From NCBI GenBank assembly GCA_036149055.1, contig JAYZQJ010000014.1:32001-96000 (forward strand): a stretch of DNA of 64,000 nt, read 5' to 3'. How positions within the stretch are numbered: the first letter of the stretch is position 1; the number at the start of each line of letters is the position of its first letter. The DNA comes from Myxococcota bacterium. GTDB taxonomy: Bacteria > Myxococcota_A > Polyangia > Polyangiales > Sandaracinaceae. Shown one piece after another: positions 24,129-35,361 of this stretch. The translations under genes and the position numbers were made by a program. The notes beneath the pieces are model-generated. The model did no database searches, had not been told where the DNA came from, and worked only from the letters and a program-made list of their open reading frames with translations.

Positions 24129-24285
24129 CTCGAGATTCCTCTGTGCCGCGCCCCCCCAGCGAGAGCGCGTTTGACTCTTTGAGCCCTGTTTTCCCGGGCC
24201 ATGGGGAGCCCCGAGGGCACACCCCGCCCGTCCGGGCGGCCGGGTTCTAGCGGATCCGAGGGCTCTTGCAACGCGAAATCGGGGC

Positions 24286-25212
24286 CTATCCGCGGGCCTC
24301 CGCGATGGCGGCGCGGGCGGCCTCGAAGTCGTCCGGGCCCTGGACACTGACGCAGGGCACGTCCTTGGCGATCCGCTTGATCATGCCCTTGAGCGCAGAC
24401 CCGGCGCCGATCTCGACGAAGAGGCCGACCCCGTCCTTCACCATGCGCTCGACCGACTCGGTCCAGCGCACCGGGCGGGCCACCTGGCGCCGCAGGGCGT
24501 CGCGGGCCTCGTCGGCGGTGCTCACCGGGGCCGCGTCGACGTTCACGTACACCGGGAGGGCCGGATCGACGAAGGCGATCTCGGCCAGGTGCGGCGCGAG
24601 CGCCTCTTCGGCCGGCTTCATCATCGAGCAGTGGAAGGGCGCGCTGACCGGGAGCGGCATCGCGCGGCCCTTGAGCGCCTTGACCTTCTCGCCGGCCGCG
24701 GCGACCGCGTCGACCTGCCCCGCGATGACCACCTGCCCGGGCGAGTTGTAGTTGACCGGCTCGACGATGCCGTCGGTCTCTTCGCAGATCTGGCGGACCT
24801 GATCGTCCTCGAGCTTGAGGATGGCGGCCATCGCGCCCTCCCCCACCGGCACCGCGTCCTGCATGAACTGGCCACGCTTGCGCACGAGGCGGACCGCGTC
24901 CTCGAAGCGGAGCGAGCCGGCGCACACGTGGGCGCTGTACTCCCCGAGGCTGTGGCCGGCGGCCACGTCCGGCGTCTCGCCGAGCGCCCGGAGCAGCGCC
25001 ACCGAGTTGGTGAGGATGGCCGGCTGGGTGTTGGCGGTGAGCTTGAGGTCCTCCTCGGGGCCCTCGAAGCAGAGCCGGCTGAGCGACTCCTCGAGCGCGC
25101 GGTCGGCGGCCTCGAAGACCACCCGCGCCACCTCGGAGGCCTCGACCGCCTCCTTGCCCATCCCGACCTTCTGCGACCCCTGACCGGGGAACACGAACGC
25201 GACCTTCGACAT
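24286..25212 (-). CDS. fabD: ACP S-malonyltransferase
   Basis: FPGQGSQ, GHSLGEY, VSAPFH, PVRW. Confidence 0.96.
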   Translation of the reverse strand: MSKVAFVFPGQGSQKVGMGKEAVEASEVARVVFEAADRALEESLSRLCFEGPEEDLKLTANTQPAILTNSVALLRALGETPDVAAGHSLGEYSAHVCAGSLRFEDAVRLVRKRGQFMQDAVPVGEGAMAAILKLEDDQVRQICEETDGIVEPVNYNSPGQVVIAGQVDAVAAAGEKVKALKGRAMPLPVSAPFHCSMMKPAEEALAPHLAEIAFVDPALPVYVNVDAAPVSTADEARDALRRQVARPVRWTESVERMVKDGVGLFVEIGAGSALKGMIKRIAKDVPCVSVQGPDDFEAARAAIAEARG

Positions 25213-25222
25213 GGGCGGCGTA

Positions 25223-25831
25223 TTAGCCGCGGAAGGAATGCTCGTGCAACCGCTCCAGCACGAAGTAGTTCGTCGGGATGCGCAGGCCGAGGATGTTCAG
25301 GTACGCCTTGCCGAGCAGGAGGGTCGGGTCGTCGGGGTAGACCTGGACCAGGTAGTCGCGCAGCGGCGGGCCGAAGAGCCCGTTGCCGCCCAGCGAGTAG
25401 TCGAGCAGCAGGGCGTTCGGGTACTTGTCGTCGGCGCTGCCCTCGACCGGCCGGTGGACCCGGTAGAACCCGAAGCGCTTCGGGTTCTCCCTGGACGGCT
25501 CGAGCTGGTGCGGGGCGTCGTCGGCGTCGTTCTTCGCCGGGATGTTGTAGCCCTGGATGAAGGGCTCCGGGCCCTTCGCGCTCCGCGGCGGGCCCTCGTA
25601 GAAGCCCTTCACGAACTTCCGGATGCCGATCAGCCGGTAGATCGGCGGCGTGTTGCCGCCCCGGAACTCCCAGCCGGCGAGCTCCTCGAGCTTCGGCGCG
25701 ACGCCGCTCCGCATGATCAGCTCGCGCTGACCGTTGGACATGTCGCGCAGGATCCCCAGCCAGTCGTAGCGTTCTCCGGCGGGGGTGAGCGCGGCCTTCG
25801 GCCGCTCGGCGAGGGCGGTGGAGGAGCTCAT
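25223..25831 (-). CDS. Hypothetical protein
   Basis: Protein-like composition (LAGWEFRG, KFVKGF, LRDYLVQV, LLLGKAY); tiles between neighbours. Confidence 0.75.
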   Translation of the reverse strand: MSSSTALAERPKAALTPAGERYDWLGILRDMSNGQRELIMRSGVAPKLEELAGWEFRGGNTPPIYRLIGIRKFVKGFYEGPPRSAKGPEPFIQGYNIPAKNDADDAPHQLEPSRENPKRFGFYRVHRPVEGSADDKYPNALLLDYSLGGNGLFGPPLRDYLVQVYPDDPTLLLGKAYLNILGLRIPTNYFVLERLHEHSFRG

Positions 25832-25874
25832 CGGGCAAGAGGTTGAACCAGTTCGCCCGAGCTGTCCACCGGCA

Positions 25875-26315
25875 CTAACTCGCGTGCTTCTCGATCAGGC
25901 CGCCGAGGCGCGGGACGGCCGCCTCGACGTGGCCCTTCGCGGCGCCGCGGAGCTTCGAGTAGGTCTTCTTCACCAGCTTGTTCTGGCTGCGCTCGGCCTT
26001 GCCGTCGGTGATGGCGAGCAGGCCCTCGGCCACGCGGCCCTTGTTGGCGATGAAGTGCGGACCGATCGGCTTCTCCGCCGCCTTCGCCTCCTGGTAGACG
26101 GGGTCGACCGCGTCGGCGAACTCGGGGAGGAGGTCGTTCACGACCTTCTTCACGAAGCCGGGCTTCACGCCCTGCACGGCCTTGTACCCCGCCTTGAGGG
26201 CCATGCCGCTGAGGCCGCTCTTGTCGGCCACCTCGGCGTCGATGATCTGGATGCAGTCGTCGACGACCTGCGACTTCTTCTCCGGGCTGTTCAGCACTTC
26301 GGCGAGCTTCGTCAT
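25875..26315 (-). CDS. Conserved hypothetical protein, DUF6918-like
   Basis: DAEVADKSGLSGMALKAGYKAV..VKPGF, LLPEF, LLAITDGKAE, YSKLRG.AK.HVE pattern. Confidence 0.75.
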   Translation of the reverse strand: MTKLAEVLNSPEKKSQVVDDCIQIIDAEVADKSGLSGMALKAGYKAVQGVKPGFVKKVVNDLLPEFADAVDPVYQEAKAAEKPIGPHFIANKGRVAEGLLAITDGKAERSQNKLVKKTYSKLRGAAKGHVEAAVPRLGGLIEKHAS

Positions 26316-26359
26316 GGAGCCGTCTTTAGCCACGAACGCCGGCCTGTCGAGCCGGGAGC

Positions 26360-27886
<1,527 letters not shown>

Positions 27887-27909
27887 CGCTCGCGGATGCT
27901 ATTCGACCT

Positions 27910-30384
27910 TCACTCGATGAGCGAGCAACGAACTTCCTCGAAGACGGCCGCGTTGTTTCCTTCTCGACACTCGCCGGTCTCGCCCTCGTCGTCCGGCACC
28001 ACCCAGAGCGTGATCCCGGGCTCCTCGGTGGTCGGCGTGGCCCACACGCAGGTCACCCGCTCGCAGTCCCCGGGGTCGAGCACGCTGCGGGTCCGGGCCT
28101 GACAGAGGCGGGCGCCGCCCACCGACGGATCGCCCTCGTAGAAGCCGACCGAGAGCCCGTCGCCCACCGGCTCGGTGCCGCGGTTGCAGACGAGCGCCTC
28201 GAGGGTGGCGGTGCCGTCCGCGGCGCAGGAGATCGGGGCGTCGCCGCGGCTGGTGAGATCGGGGGCCGCGTCCGGGCGCCCCTCGCCCTGCACGTTCTGG
28301 CGGAAGTTGTTGAGCGAGGGGTCGCGCCAGTTGTCGCTCACCGCCGAGAGCGCCGGGACCGTGCCGTCCTCGTTCACGTTGGTCACGTGGTAGGCGTGCT
28401 GGTTCCAGATCCGGCGCGAGCCGACCCAGCGATCGGCGCGATCGGCGTAGACCCGGATGCCGAGCGTGCCGCGCGGCCGCGACGCCCGGCAGGTGTTGCC
28501 GCTCCCGGGCGTGCCGGCGGGGGGCGCCTCGCAGACGAAGGCCGCGCGCGCGCAGCCCGCGCCGCTGCAGCACTCGTCGTCGATCGTGCAGCGGCAGAAG
28601 CCGGCGTCGCAGGTCCCGCTCAGGCAGTCGGCGTTCTCGGCGCAGCGCAGCCCGGTGAAGAGCGGGTCGGTGTTGCGCGCCCCGAGGCCGAAGCCCGAGC
28701 AGTCCCGGCCGCTGTCGGCCGAGCCGCAGTTGAAGTTGTCCCCGATGACGATCTCGGCGTTGAAGTCGCCGTCGACGTCGGCGATGACCGGGTTCTCGTA
28801 CCAGGTGCAGCTCGAGCGGCTCTGGCTGAAGATGACGTCGCCGCTCCGGCCGTCGTAGACGCGCACGAAGCACTCGTCGCCGTAGACCACCTCGGCCCGG
28901 CCGTCGCCCTCGAAGTCGAACACGCTCGAGCCGGTCACGTTGCTCGACGCGTCCTGCGAGCGCTGCGACCAGAGCACCCCGGTGGTGGAGCCGCTCGGGC
29001 ACTCGCCGATGGGGGTCCCGAGGCAGTCGAGGTCGAAGACCGCGTAGGCGTTGGCGCCGGCGCTCGCGACCTCGGGCCGGCCGTCCCCGTCGAAGTCGGC
29101 CACGGTGGGCGGGCCGCCGGTGCCGCCGCCCGGGATGTCGACCGGGCCGAAGACGATCGTGCCGTCGAGGGTCTGGACGCGGACCTGCCCGGTGCTGACC
29201 ACCGCCACCTCCGGGGTCTCGGCCGGCCAGGCCGCCCCGCCGGGGAAGTCGCCGAAGTCCGCGAGGGCCACGTGCCCCGCCGGGGTGCCGCCGGTGGCGT
29301 AGGCCTCGGCGTCCCACTGACGGGTGGCGCCGTTCCACTGCCAGACGCCCTGGCCGGCCACGAACTCGGCCACGCCGTCCGCGTCGACGTCCTCGACCAC
29401 CGCGAAGATGCCCGCCGAGTACGGCAGCAGGCCCAGGGTCACGCCGTCGATCAGCCGGCCCTGCGCGTCGAGCACGATCCCGCCGCGGAGGACCTCGGGC
29501 ACCCCGTCGTCGTCGAGGTCGTAGAGCGAGGGGCCCGACCACCCGGAGCCGGTCGGCTCGTAGGGGGTGCTGCCGTCGGCCAGCGTCGAGCGCCAGAGCA
29601 CCGTCCAGGCGCCCGCGGTCTCGTCGTAGGTGAAGGCCACGAGCCCGCCGTTCGCCTTGTTGGCCACGATCTCGGGCCGGCCGTCGCCGTCGAGATCGCC
29701 CACCGCGGGCGGGGAGCTGTGGCTGACCAGCTGGAGCGAGCCGAGCTCCGCCTGCTGGGCGCAGGTCGCGCCGTCGAGGATCCGGATCACGCCCTCGGGG
29801 CGCTCGCTGCCGCCGTCGCCGCCGTCGTCGAAGACGGCCACGATCGAGGGCCGCGGCGGGTCTCCGGCGGCGCGCCCGACGCGGAAGTCGACCACCATCG
29901 GGGTGGTGAGCACGTGCACGTTCGCCGGGAAGGCGTCGCCGGCCGGGGCCTCGAAGAACTCGCACTGCACGGTCGGCGCGAAGGTGCCGGCCACGATCAG
30001 GCGGCTGCACTCGGGGTCGGAGCCCATGTCGTCCCAGGGCACGCACCGGCCGAGGGTCTCGTCGCAGAAGCTGTCGCCGAGGCACTCGTCGTCGCTCGCG
30101 CACGGGGCGCCTCCGGGCACGCAGGCGTCGTCCCGGCAGACCTCGCCGGCCGCGCAGCAGGCGTCGGCGCAGGGCACGTCGCAGGCCGGCGCTCCGTCGG
30201 GCAGCGGGGCCCGGGCGTCGTCGGGCGCGGCCGCGTCCGGGGCCGGCTCGCAGCGCCCGTCGACGCAGCGCTCGCCGGCCGCGCAGTCGGCGGCGGAGGC
30301 GCAGGTGTCGGGGGTCGGGCCGCTGCAGTCGCAGCCGGCGACGAAGAGGAGGGCCCCGAGGTACAGCGATGAGACCAAGCGCAT
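27910..30384 (-). CDS. FG-GAP/VCBS beta-propeller lipoprotein with Cys-rich N-terminus and CARDB-like C-terminus
   Basis: VAG-C lipobox; GDLDGDGRPEIV, ADFDGDGRPEV, FDFEGDGRAEVVY, RRIWNQHAYHVTNV. Confidence 0.85.
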   Translation of the reverse strand: MRLVSSLYLGALLFVAGCDCSGPTPDTCASAADCAAGERCVDGRCEPAPDAAAPDDARAPLPDGAPACDVPCADACCAAGEVCRDDACVPGGAPCASDDECLGDSFCDETLGRCVPWDDMGSDPECSRLIVAGTFAPTVQCEFFEAPAGDAFPANVHVLTTPMVVDFRVGRAAGDPPRPSIVAVFDDGGDGGSERPEGVIRILDGATCAQQAELGSLQLVSHSSPPAVGDLDGDGRPEIVANKANGGLVAFTYDETAGAWTVLWRSTLADGSTPYEPTGSGWSGPSLYDLDDDGVPEVLRGGIVLDAQGRLIDGVTLGLLPYSAGIFAVVEDVDADGVAEFVAGQGVWQWNGATRQWDAEAYATGGTPAGHVALADFGDFPGGAAWPAETPEVAVVSTGQVRVQTLDGTIVFGPVDIPGGGTGGPPTVADFDGDGRPEVASAGANAYAVFDLDCLGTPIGECPSGSTTGVLWSQRSQDASSNVTGSSVFDFEGDGRAEVVYGDECFVRVYDGRSGDVIFSQSRSSCTWYENPVIADVDGDFNAEIVIGDNFNCGSADSGRDCSGFGLGARNTDPLFTGLRCAENADCLSGTCDAGFCRCTIDDECCSGAGCARAAFVCEAPPAGTPGSGNTCRASRPRGTLGIRVYADRADRWVGSRRIWNQHAYHVTNVNEDGTVPALSAVSDNWRDPSLNNFRQNVQGEGRPDAAPDLTSRGDAPISCAADGTATLEALVCNRGTEPVGDGLSVGFYEGDPSVGGARLCQARTRSVLDPGDCERVTCVWATPTTEEPGITLWVVPDDEGETGECREGNNAAVFEEVRCSLIE

Positions 30385-30440
30385 GGCGCCATTCTATCGG
30401 GTTCTTCCTTCGGGGCGCATGCCCGATGTACTCTGCGCGC

Positions 30441-31685
30441 GTGGCGGAGCCGACCGACCTCGTGGTCATCGGGCCCGACGGCAGCGTACGCGTCGCGGGT
30501 CGAGGGGCGGAGCGGCGGCTCCGGGATCGACCGGGGCGCTACCGCCTCGTGGTCGACGCGCCCGGCCTGCTCATCCTGAAGGGCGAGGAGGGCGCGAGCT
30601 CCCGCGGCGCGCGGGTCGCGATGGCCGGCGAGCTGCTCAGCCGCAACTCCGCGCTCGAGGTGCTCAACCTGGTGGCGAGCGCCAACTGGCGCGGCGAGCT
30701 CCACATCTTCTCCGAGGACGCCCACCGCACGCTGGCCATCGACCAGGGCGCCCTGAAGTACGCCCACAGCGATCACCCGGACGATCGGCTCGGCCAGGTC
30801 CTCTACCGCAACGGCACCCTCAGCCGCGTGCAGCTCGACGAGCTGCTCCGCGAGGTCGGCCCGGAGAAGCGGCTGGGGCAGCTCCTCATCGACCGGGAGC
30901 TGATCAGCCAGGAGAAGCTCTTCTCCGAGCTGCAGAAGCAGGTGGAGCAGATCTTCTTCTCGGCGCTGATCGCGCGCTCGGGTCACTACGTCTTCGCGGT
31001 GCTCGACGAGGGCACCGAGCCGCCGCACCACACGGTGCACCTGCCGGTCCAGGCGCTCCTGATGGAGGGGGTGCAGCGCATCGACGAGATGGCGCTCTTC
31101 CGGGAGCGCATCCCGCACGACGACGTCTGCCCGGTCGTGCAGCCCAAGGCCACGTCGATGACGCTCGACGAGAACGCGCAGCTGGTGCTGACCTACGCCG
31201 ACGGCGCCCGCACCATCGAGGACATCGCCCGCGAGACGGGGCTCGGTCAGTTCATGACCATCAAGAGCCTCTACGGGATGCTGCAGCAGGGGGGCGTGGT
31301 CCTCAGGCCGCGCAAGACCGTCGACGCCGACGGGGTCAAGCGGCTGGTGCGCGCCTTCAACGACGTCCTGCGCGACATCTTCATGGCGGTGGCGACCTAC
31401 GGCGGCATCGACCAGACGCGATCGACCCTCGAGGCCTGGATCGCGGGCTCCGGCTACGGCCCGATCTTCGGCGAGCAGGTGGAGGAGGACGGATCGATCT
31501 CGGTGCTGCGCACCGTGCACGCGATGAACGCCGTCGACGTGGAGAACCCGATGGAGGCGCTCCACCAGGCGCTGCACGAGCTGGCCGCCTTCGCGCTCTT
31601 CGCCGCGACCACCACGCTGCCCCGCGACCAGGAGCTGGCCCTCTCGCGCGACGTGAACACGCGGCTCAAGCGCATCCGGATCTGA
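30441..31685 (+). CDS. DUF4388 (PATAN-like) domain protein
   Basis: AGELL...EVLNLV...WRGELHI, YAHS...DRLGQVL, LLMEGVQRIDE; GTG start with TACTCT box. Confidence 0.8.
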   Translation: MAEPTDLVVIGPDGSVRVAGRGAERRLRDRPGRYRLVVDAPGLLILKGEEGASSRGARVAMAGELLSRNSALEVLNLVASANWRGELHIFSEDAHRTLAIDQGALKYAHSDHPDDRLGQVLYRNGTLSRVQLDELLREVGPEKRLGQLLIDRELISQEKLFSELQKQVEQIFFSALIARSGHYVFAVLDEGTEPPHHTVHLPVQALLMEGVQRIDEMALFRERIPHDDVCPVVQPKATSMTLDENAQLVLTYADGARTIEDIARETGLGQFMTIKSLYGMLQQGGVVLRPRKTVDADGVKRLVRAFNDVLRDIFMAVATYGGIDQTRSTLEAWIAGSGYGPIFGEQVEEDGSISVLRTVHAMNAVDVENPMEALHQALHELAAFALFAATTTLPRDQELALSRDVNTRLKRIRI

Positions 31686-31688
31686 CCC

Positions 31689-32363
31689 TTGAAGACCGTG
31701 CTCAGCTGGAGCAGCGGCAAGGACTCCGCCTGGGCCCTGCACACGCTGCGCGCCGATCCGTCGGTGGAGGTCGTCGGCCTGCTGACGACGGTGAACGCCG
31801 AGGCCCAGCGGGTGGCGATGCACGGGGTGCGGCGCGCGCTCCTCCAGCGGCAGGCCGAGGCGGTGGGGCTGCCGCTCGACGTGGTGGAGCTGCCCTGGCC
31901 CTGCTCGAACGAGGACTACGAGGCGCGCATGCGCGGCGCGATCGAGCGCGCGAAGGCCCTCGGCGCGGAGGCCTTCGCCTTCGGGGATCTCTTCCTCGAG
32001 GACATCCGCGCCTACCGCGAGGCGCAGCTCGAGGGGACCGGGCTCCAGCCGATCTTCCCGCTCTGGGGCCGGGACACCGCGGCGCTCGCCGACGAGATGA
32101 TCGCGGGCGGGCTCGAGGCCGTCGTGACCTGCGTGGATCCGAAGCAGCTCGACGCGTCGTTCGCCGGGCGGCGCTGGGACCGGGCGCTGCTCGACGACCT
32201 GCCGGAGGGCGTCGATCCCTGCGGCGAGAACGGCGAGCTGCACACCCTGGTCACGGACGGGCCCATGTTCGCGCGTGGGCTCGAGGTGGTGGTCGGCGAG
32301 GTGGTGGAGCGCGGCGGCTTCGTCTTCGCCGACGTTCTCCTCGCCGACGCGCGGCCGGGGTGA
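31689..32363 (+). CDS. Diphthine-ammonia ligase (Dph6)-related PP-loop ATP pyrophosphatase
   Basis: SWSSGKDS, FGDLFLEDIRAYRE, DPCGENGELHT. Confidence 0.9.
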   Translation: MKTVLSWSSGKDSAWALHTLRADPSVEVVGLLTTVNAEAQRVAMHGVRRALLQRQAEAVGLPLDVVELPWPCSNEDYEARMRGAIERAKALGAEAFAFGDLFLEDIRAYREAQLEGTGLQPIFPLWGRDTAALADEMIAGGLEAVVTCVDPKQLDASFAGRRWDRALLDDLPEGVDPCGENGELHTLVTDGPMFARGLEVVVGEVVERGGFVFADVLLADARPG

Positions 32364-32400
32364 CTGGACAGTCCGGCGTCCGTGCATACGGAGGAGGTTG

Positions 32401-33300
32401 GTGAGGCTGGTCACCACAGCGACGATCATCGCCCTGGCCGCGGGGGTCGCGACCGCCGGGGTCGCGGCGCCCGCCCAGGCGCAGGCCGAGCCCGAGGGGC
32501 CCCGGCTGCGCTGGGACGACGACTGGGCGCGGGGCCACCCGGCGACGTGGGTGGTGATGACGTCCGCCGCCGCCGGCGCGCTGGTGTTCCGCAGCCTCTA
32601 CGAGCCGGGCTCGGAGGCGCTGCTCCGCGAGCCGACCGCGCTCGACACCGCGGTGCGCGACCACGTGATGGCGCCCGACGCCGAGGACCGGGAGCGCGCC
32701 TCGCGGATCAGCGACGTGCTGCTCACCGGGCTGATCCTCTGGCCCTTCGTGGACTCGCTCCTGGTGGCGGGCGCGGGGGACCAGAACAGCGACGTCGCCT
32801 GGCAGCTCTTCACGGTGGCGGTCGAGGCGCTGGCCGCCGACTACGCGCTGAGCTCGATCGTGAAGGTGTTCGTGCACCGCAACCGGCCGCACGCCGAGCG
32901 CTGCTCGCTCGAGGACCGCCGCCTCCGCCCGGGCCGCTGCGGCACCGAGGGGCGCACGATGAGCTTCTACAGCGGCCACTCGTCGGCGGCGTTCAACAGC
33001 GCGTTCGTGACCTGCATCACCCACGCGTATCTGCCGATCTACGGCTCGGACGCGGCGGACGCCTTCGCGTGCGGCACCTCGCTGGTGCTCGCCACCACGG
33101 TGGCCGCCCTCCGGGTCATCGCCGACCGCCACCACGCCACCGACGTCATGCTCGGGGCCGTGTCGGGCGCGCTGACCGGGCTGCTGCTCCCTTACCTCCT
33201 GCACTTCGGGTGGGACCCGGTCGAAGGCGAAGCCGACGCCATGACCGCCCCCCTCCGCGGCGCGACGCCGGTGATGTTCTCCGCCGGCGGCACCTTCTGA
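32401..33300 (+). CDS. PAP2 family phosphatase
   Basis: GGAGGAGG RBS; K......RP, SFYSGH, RVIADRHHATDV. Confidence 0.88.
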   Translation: MRLVTTATIIALAAGVATAGVAAPAQAQAEPEGPRLRWDDDWARGHPATWVVMTSAAAGALVFRSLYEPGSEALLREPTALDTAVRDHVMAPDAEDRERASRISDVLLTGLILWPFVDSLLVAGAGDQNSDVAWQLFTVAVEALAADYALSSIVKVFVHRNRPHAERCSLEDRRLRPGRCGTEGRTMSFYSGHSSAAFNSAFVTCITHAYLPIYGSDAADAFACGTSLVLATTVAALRVIADRHHATDVMLGAVSGALTGLLLPYLLHFGWDPVEGEADAMTAPLRGATPVMFSAGGTF

Positions 33301-33305
33301 GGCGC

Positions 33306-33812
33306 TCAGCCCATCTGGCCGGGCAAGAGCGGGCAGGCGCCGCGGCGCATCATCTCGGCCTCCTCGCGCACCTCCTGCCGGAGGCTCTGCACGCGGTCGG
33401 GCTCGGTGGCCCTCAGCTCGATGCGGCCGCCCCGCCGGAGCTCGTGGTAGCTGACCGCGGCGTCCGGGAAGCCGTCGTAGTGGTAGTGCTGATCGGACGC
33501 GTGCTCGTGGCGGGTGTGCACGTGGTCGTCCTCGCCGTCCGAGTAGGACACCGCGAGGTGGCGCACGGCGGCGCGCATCCGGGGCACGAAGCGGCGGTCG
33601 ATGGTCGTGAAGTCGAGCGCGATGCCGTCCTCGATGCGATCGACGTCGAGGCTCGCGCCCGGGATCTCCATGACGCAGACCTGCGCGGTCTCGGCGTCGG
33701 CCTGGCTCGCGGCGGCCTGGCCGGTGGAGGCCTGGCTCGTGGAGGCCGTCGCCCCGCCGCAGCCCAGCATCAGGCCGCACGCGGCGAGGATGTGTGGGAC
33801 ATGTCGGGCCAT
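33306..33812 (-). CDS. Hypothetical lipoprotein
   Basis: MLG-C lipobox; His-rich internal patch; C-terminal GACP. Confidence 0.65.
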   Translation of the reverse strand: MARHVPHILAACGLMLGCGGATASTSQASTGQAAASQADAETAQVCVMEIPGASLDVDRIEDGIALDFTTIDRRFVPRMRAAVRHLAVSYSDGEDDHVHTRHEHASDQHYHYDGFPDAAVSYHELRRGGRIELRATEPDRVQSLRQEVREEAEMMRRGACPLLPGQMG

Positions 33813-33865
33813 ACCGTGAAGGTAAGCAGCGCCCAGGGGCTATCAAGAGGTAGCCTCCGGGGGTC

Positions 33866-34675
33866 ATGCGCCCGGTCCTGCTGCTGATCTGTGTGCTCCT
33901 CGCGGTGGGGTGCGACGCCATCCGCGAGGCGCAACGCGACGCGCTCTTCCACCCCGAGCGCACGACGCCGAGACCCGAGCTGGCCGACGGCGCGGAGGGG
34001 CTCGAGCGATGGTGGCTCGAGGTCGAGGGCGGCGAGGTCGAGTGCTGGTTCCTCCCGGCGCCGGCGGTCGAGGGGCCGGGCCCGGCGGTGGTCGTCGCCC
34101 ACGGCAACGCCGAGCTGATCGAGGACTGGCTCCCGCGCGTGGCCCCCTACCGCGCGCTCGGGCTGAGCGTGCTGATGCCGGAGTACCGGAGCTACGGGAG
34201 GAGCGGCGGCCGCCCGGGCGAGGCGGCCATCCTCGGCGACTTCGTCCACTTCTACGACCGCATGGTCGACCGCCCGGAGGTCGATCCCACGCGGGTCGTC
34301 TTCCACGGCTACTCCCTGGGCGGCGGCGTGCTCGGCGCGCTCTCGGACCGGCGCCGGGCCCGGGCGCTCATCCTCGAGTCCACCTTCACCAACGTGCCCG
34401 ACGTGGCGAGCCACCACATGGCGCCGATGGGCGCGATCACCGATCGCTTCGACACCCGGGCCGTGCTGTCGCGGGCCTCCACGCCGGTGCTCCTGATGCA
34501 CGGCGTGAACGACGAGGTGATCCCCTTCCGCCACGCGGTCGAGCTCGATCGCGTGGCCTGGGACTCGCGGCTGGTCGCCTTCGAGGCCGGCCATCAGGAC
34601 CTGCCCCGGGGCGACGTCTACTGGCGCACCATCGGCGCCTTCCTCACCGAGACCGGCGTGATCAGTCCACGTTGA
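33866..34675 (+). CDS. Alpha/beta hydrolase lipoprotein
   Basis: AVG-C lipobox; HGNAE, YRSYG, GYSLGG nucleophile motif, HG..D, GH. Confidence 0.9.
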   Translation: MRPVLLLICVLLAVGCDAIREAQRDALFHPERTTPRPELADGAEGLERWWLEVEGGEVECWFLPAPAVEGPGPAVVVAHGNAELIEDWLPRVAPYRALGLSVLMPEYRSYGRSGGRPGEAAILGDFVHFYDRMVDRPEVDPTRVVFHGYSLGGGVLGALSDRRRARALILESTFTNVPDVASHHMAPMGAITDRFDTRAVLSRASTPVLLMHGVNDEVIPFRHAVELDRVAWDSRLVAFEAGHQDLPRGDVYWRTIGAFLTETGVISPR

Positions 34676-35330
34676 CCGGCACCGTCATGCGGGCGCCGCC
34701 CTGGAAGATCAGCCCGTTGACCTCGATCTGCTGGCCGCCGAAGCGGAGCGTGCCCGCGTAGCGTCCGGGCGTGACCGGCACGTGCTCGCGGCTCGGCTCG
34801 AGCTGGAACTCGGTCGCCTCCTCGCCGGGCCCGGGGTTCTCGCGCGCGACGGTGAGCTGCCAGCGCGCCACCGGCCGGTTGCGGCGGCGGACCTCGATGA
34901 GCACCCGCGAGACCGGGAACTCCACCGTCACCTCGGCGGTCTCGCCCGGCGTGACGGTGGCCATGCCGTCGAGCTCGCGGGTCGGGGTGTCGGCGAGGAC
35001 CGAGGCGTCGGTGACCGACGCCGCGACCCGGTAGCTCCCGGACTCGACCGAGAACATGTCCCCGGGCGCGCCCTCGGCGACCACCTCGCCGGCCTCGTCC
35101 ATCACCCGCACGGTCGCGCTCTCGGCGGCTTGCCCGCCCACGGTCACGTTCACCCGGAGCTGGCCGGGCCCCGTCGGTGGCGGCGGCTCGGGCTCCTCCA
35201 TCGCGGGCTCGGGGTCCGCCTCGACCTCGTCGCCCGTCGTCGCGACCTGATCGTCCATCGGCTCCTCGGCGGGAGCGTCGGATCCTCCGCACGCCCCGAG
35301 CAGGAGCGCGGCCAAGAGCATGGTGCGCAT
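34662..35330 (-). CDS. Hypothetical lipoprotein
   Basis: LGA-C lipobox; acidic/Pro linker; two beta-sandwich-like segments; GGAGG RBS. Confidence 0.75.
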   Translation of the reverse strand: MRTMLLAALLLGACGGSDAPAEEPMDDQVATTGDEVEADPEPAMEEPEPPPPTGPGQLRVNVTVGGQAAESATVRVMDEAGEVVAEGAPGDMFSVESGSYRVAASVTDASVLADTPTRELDGMATVTPGETAEVTVEFPVSRVLIEVRRRNRPVARWQLTVARENPGPGEEATEFQLEPSREHVPVTPGRYAGTLRFGGQQIEVNGLIFQGGARMTVPVNVD

Positions 35331-35361
35331 GTCGTCCTCCCCTTCGTGGGGAGCGAGCCTA

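Noticed and set aside
24286..25212. Polyketide or other biosynthetic gene cluster around the acyltransferase
   Set aside because: No KS, ACP or NRPS genes nearby; it looks like a stand-alone FabD
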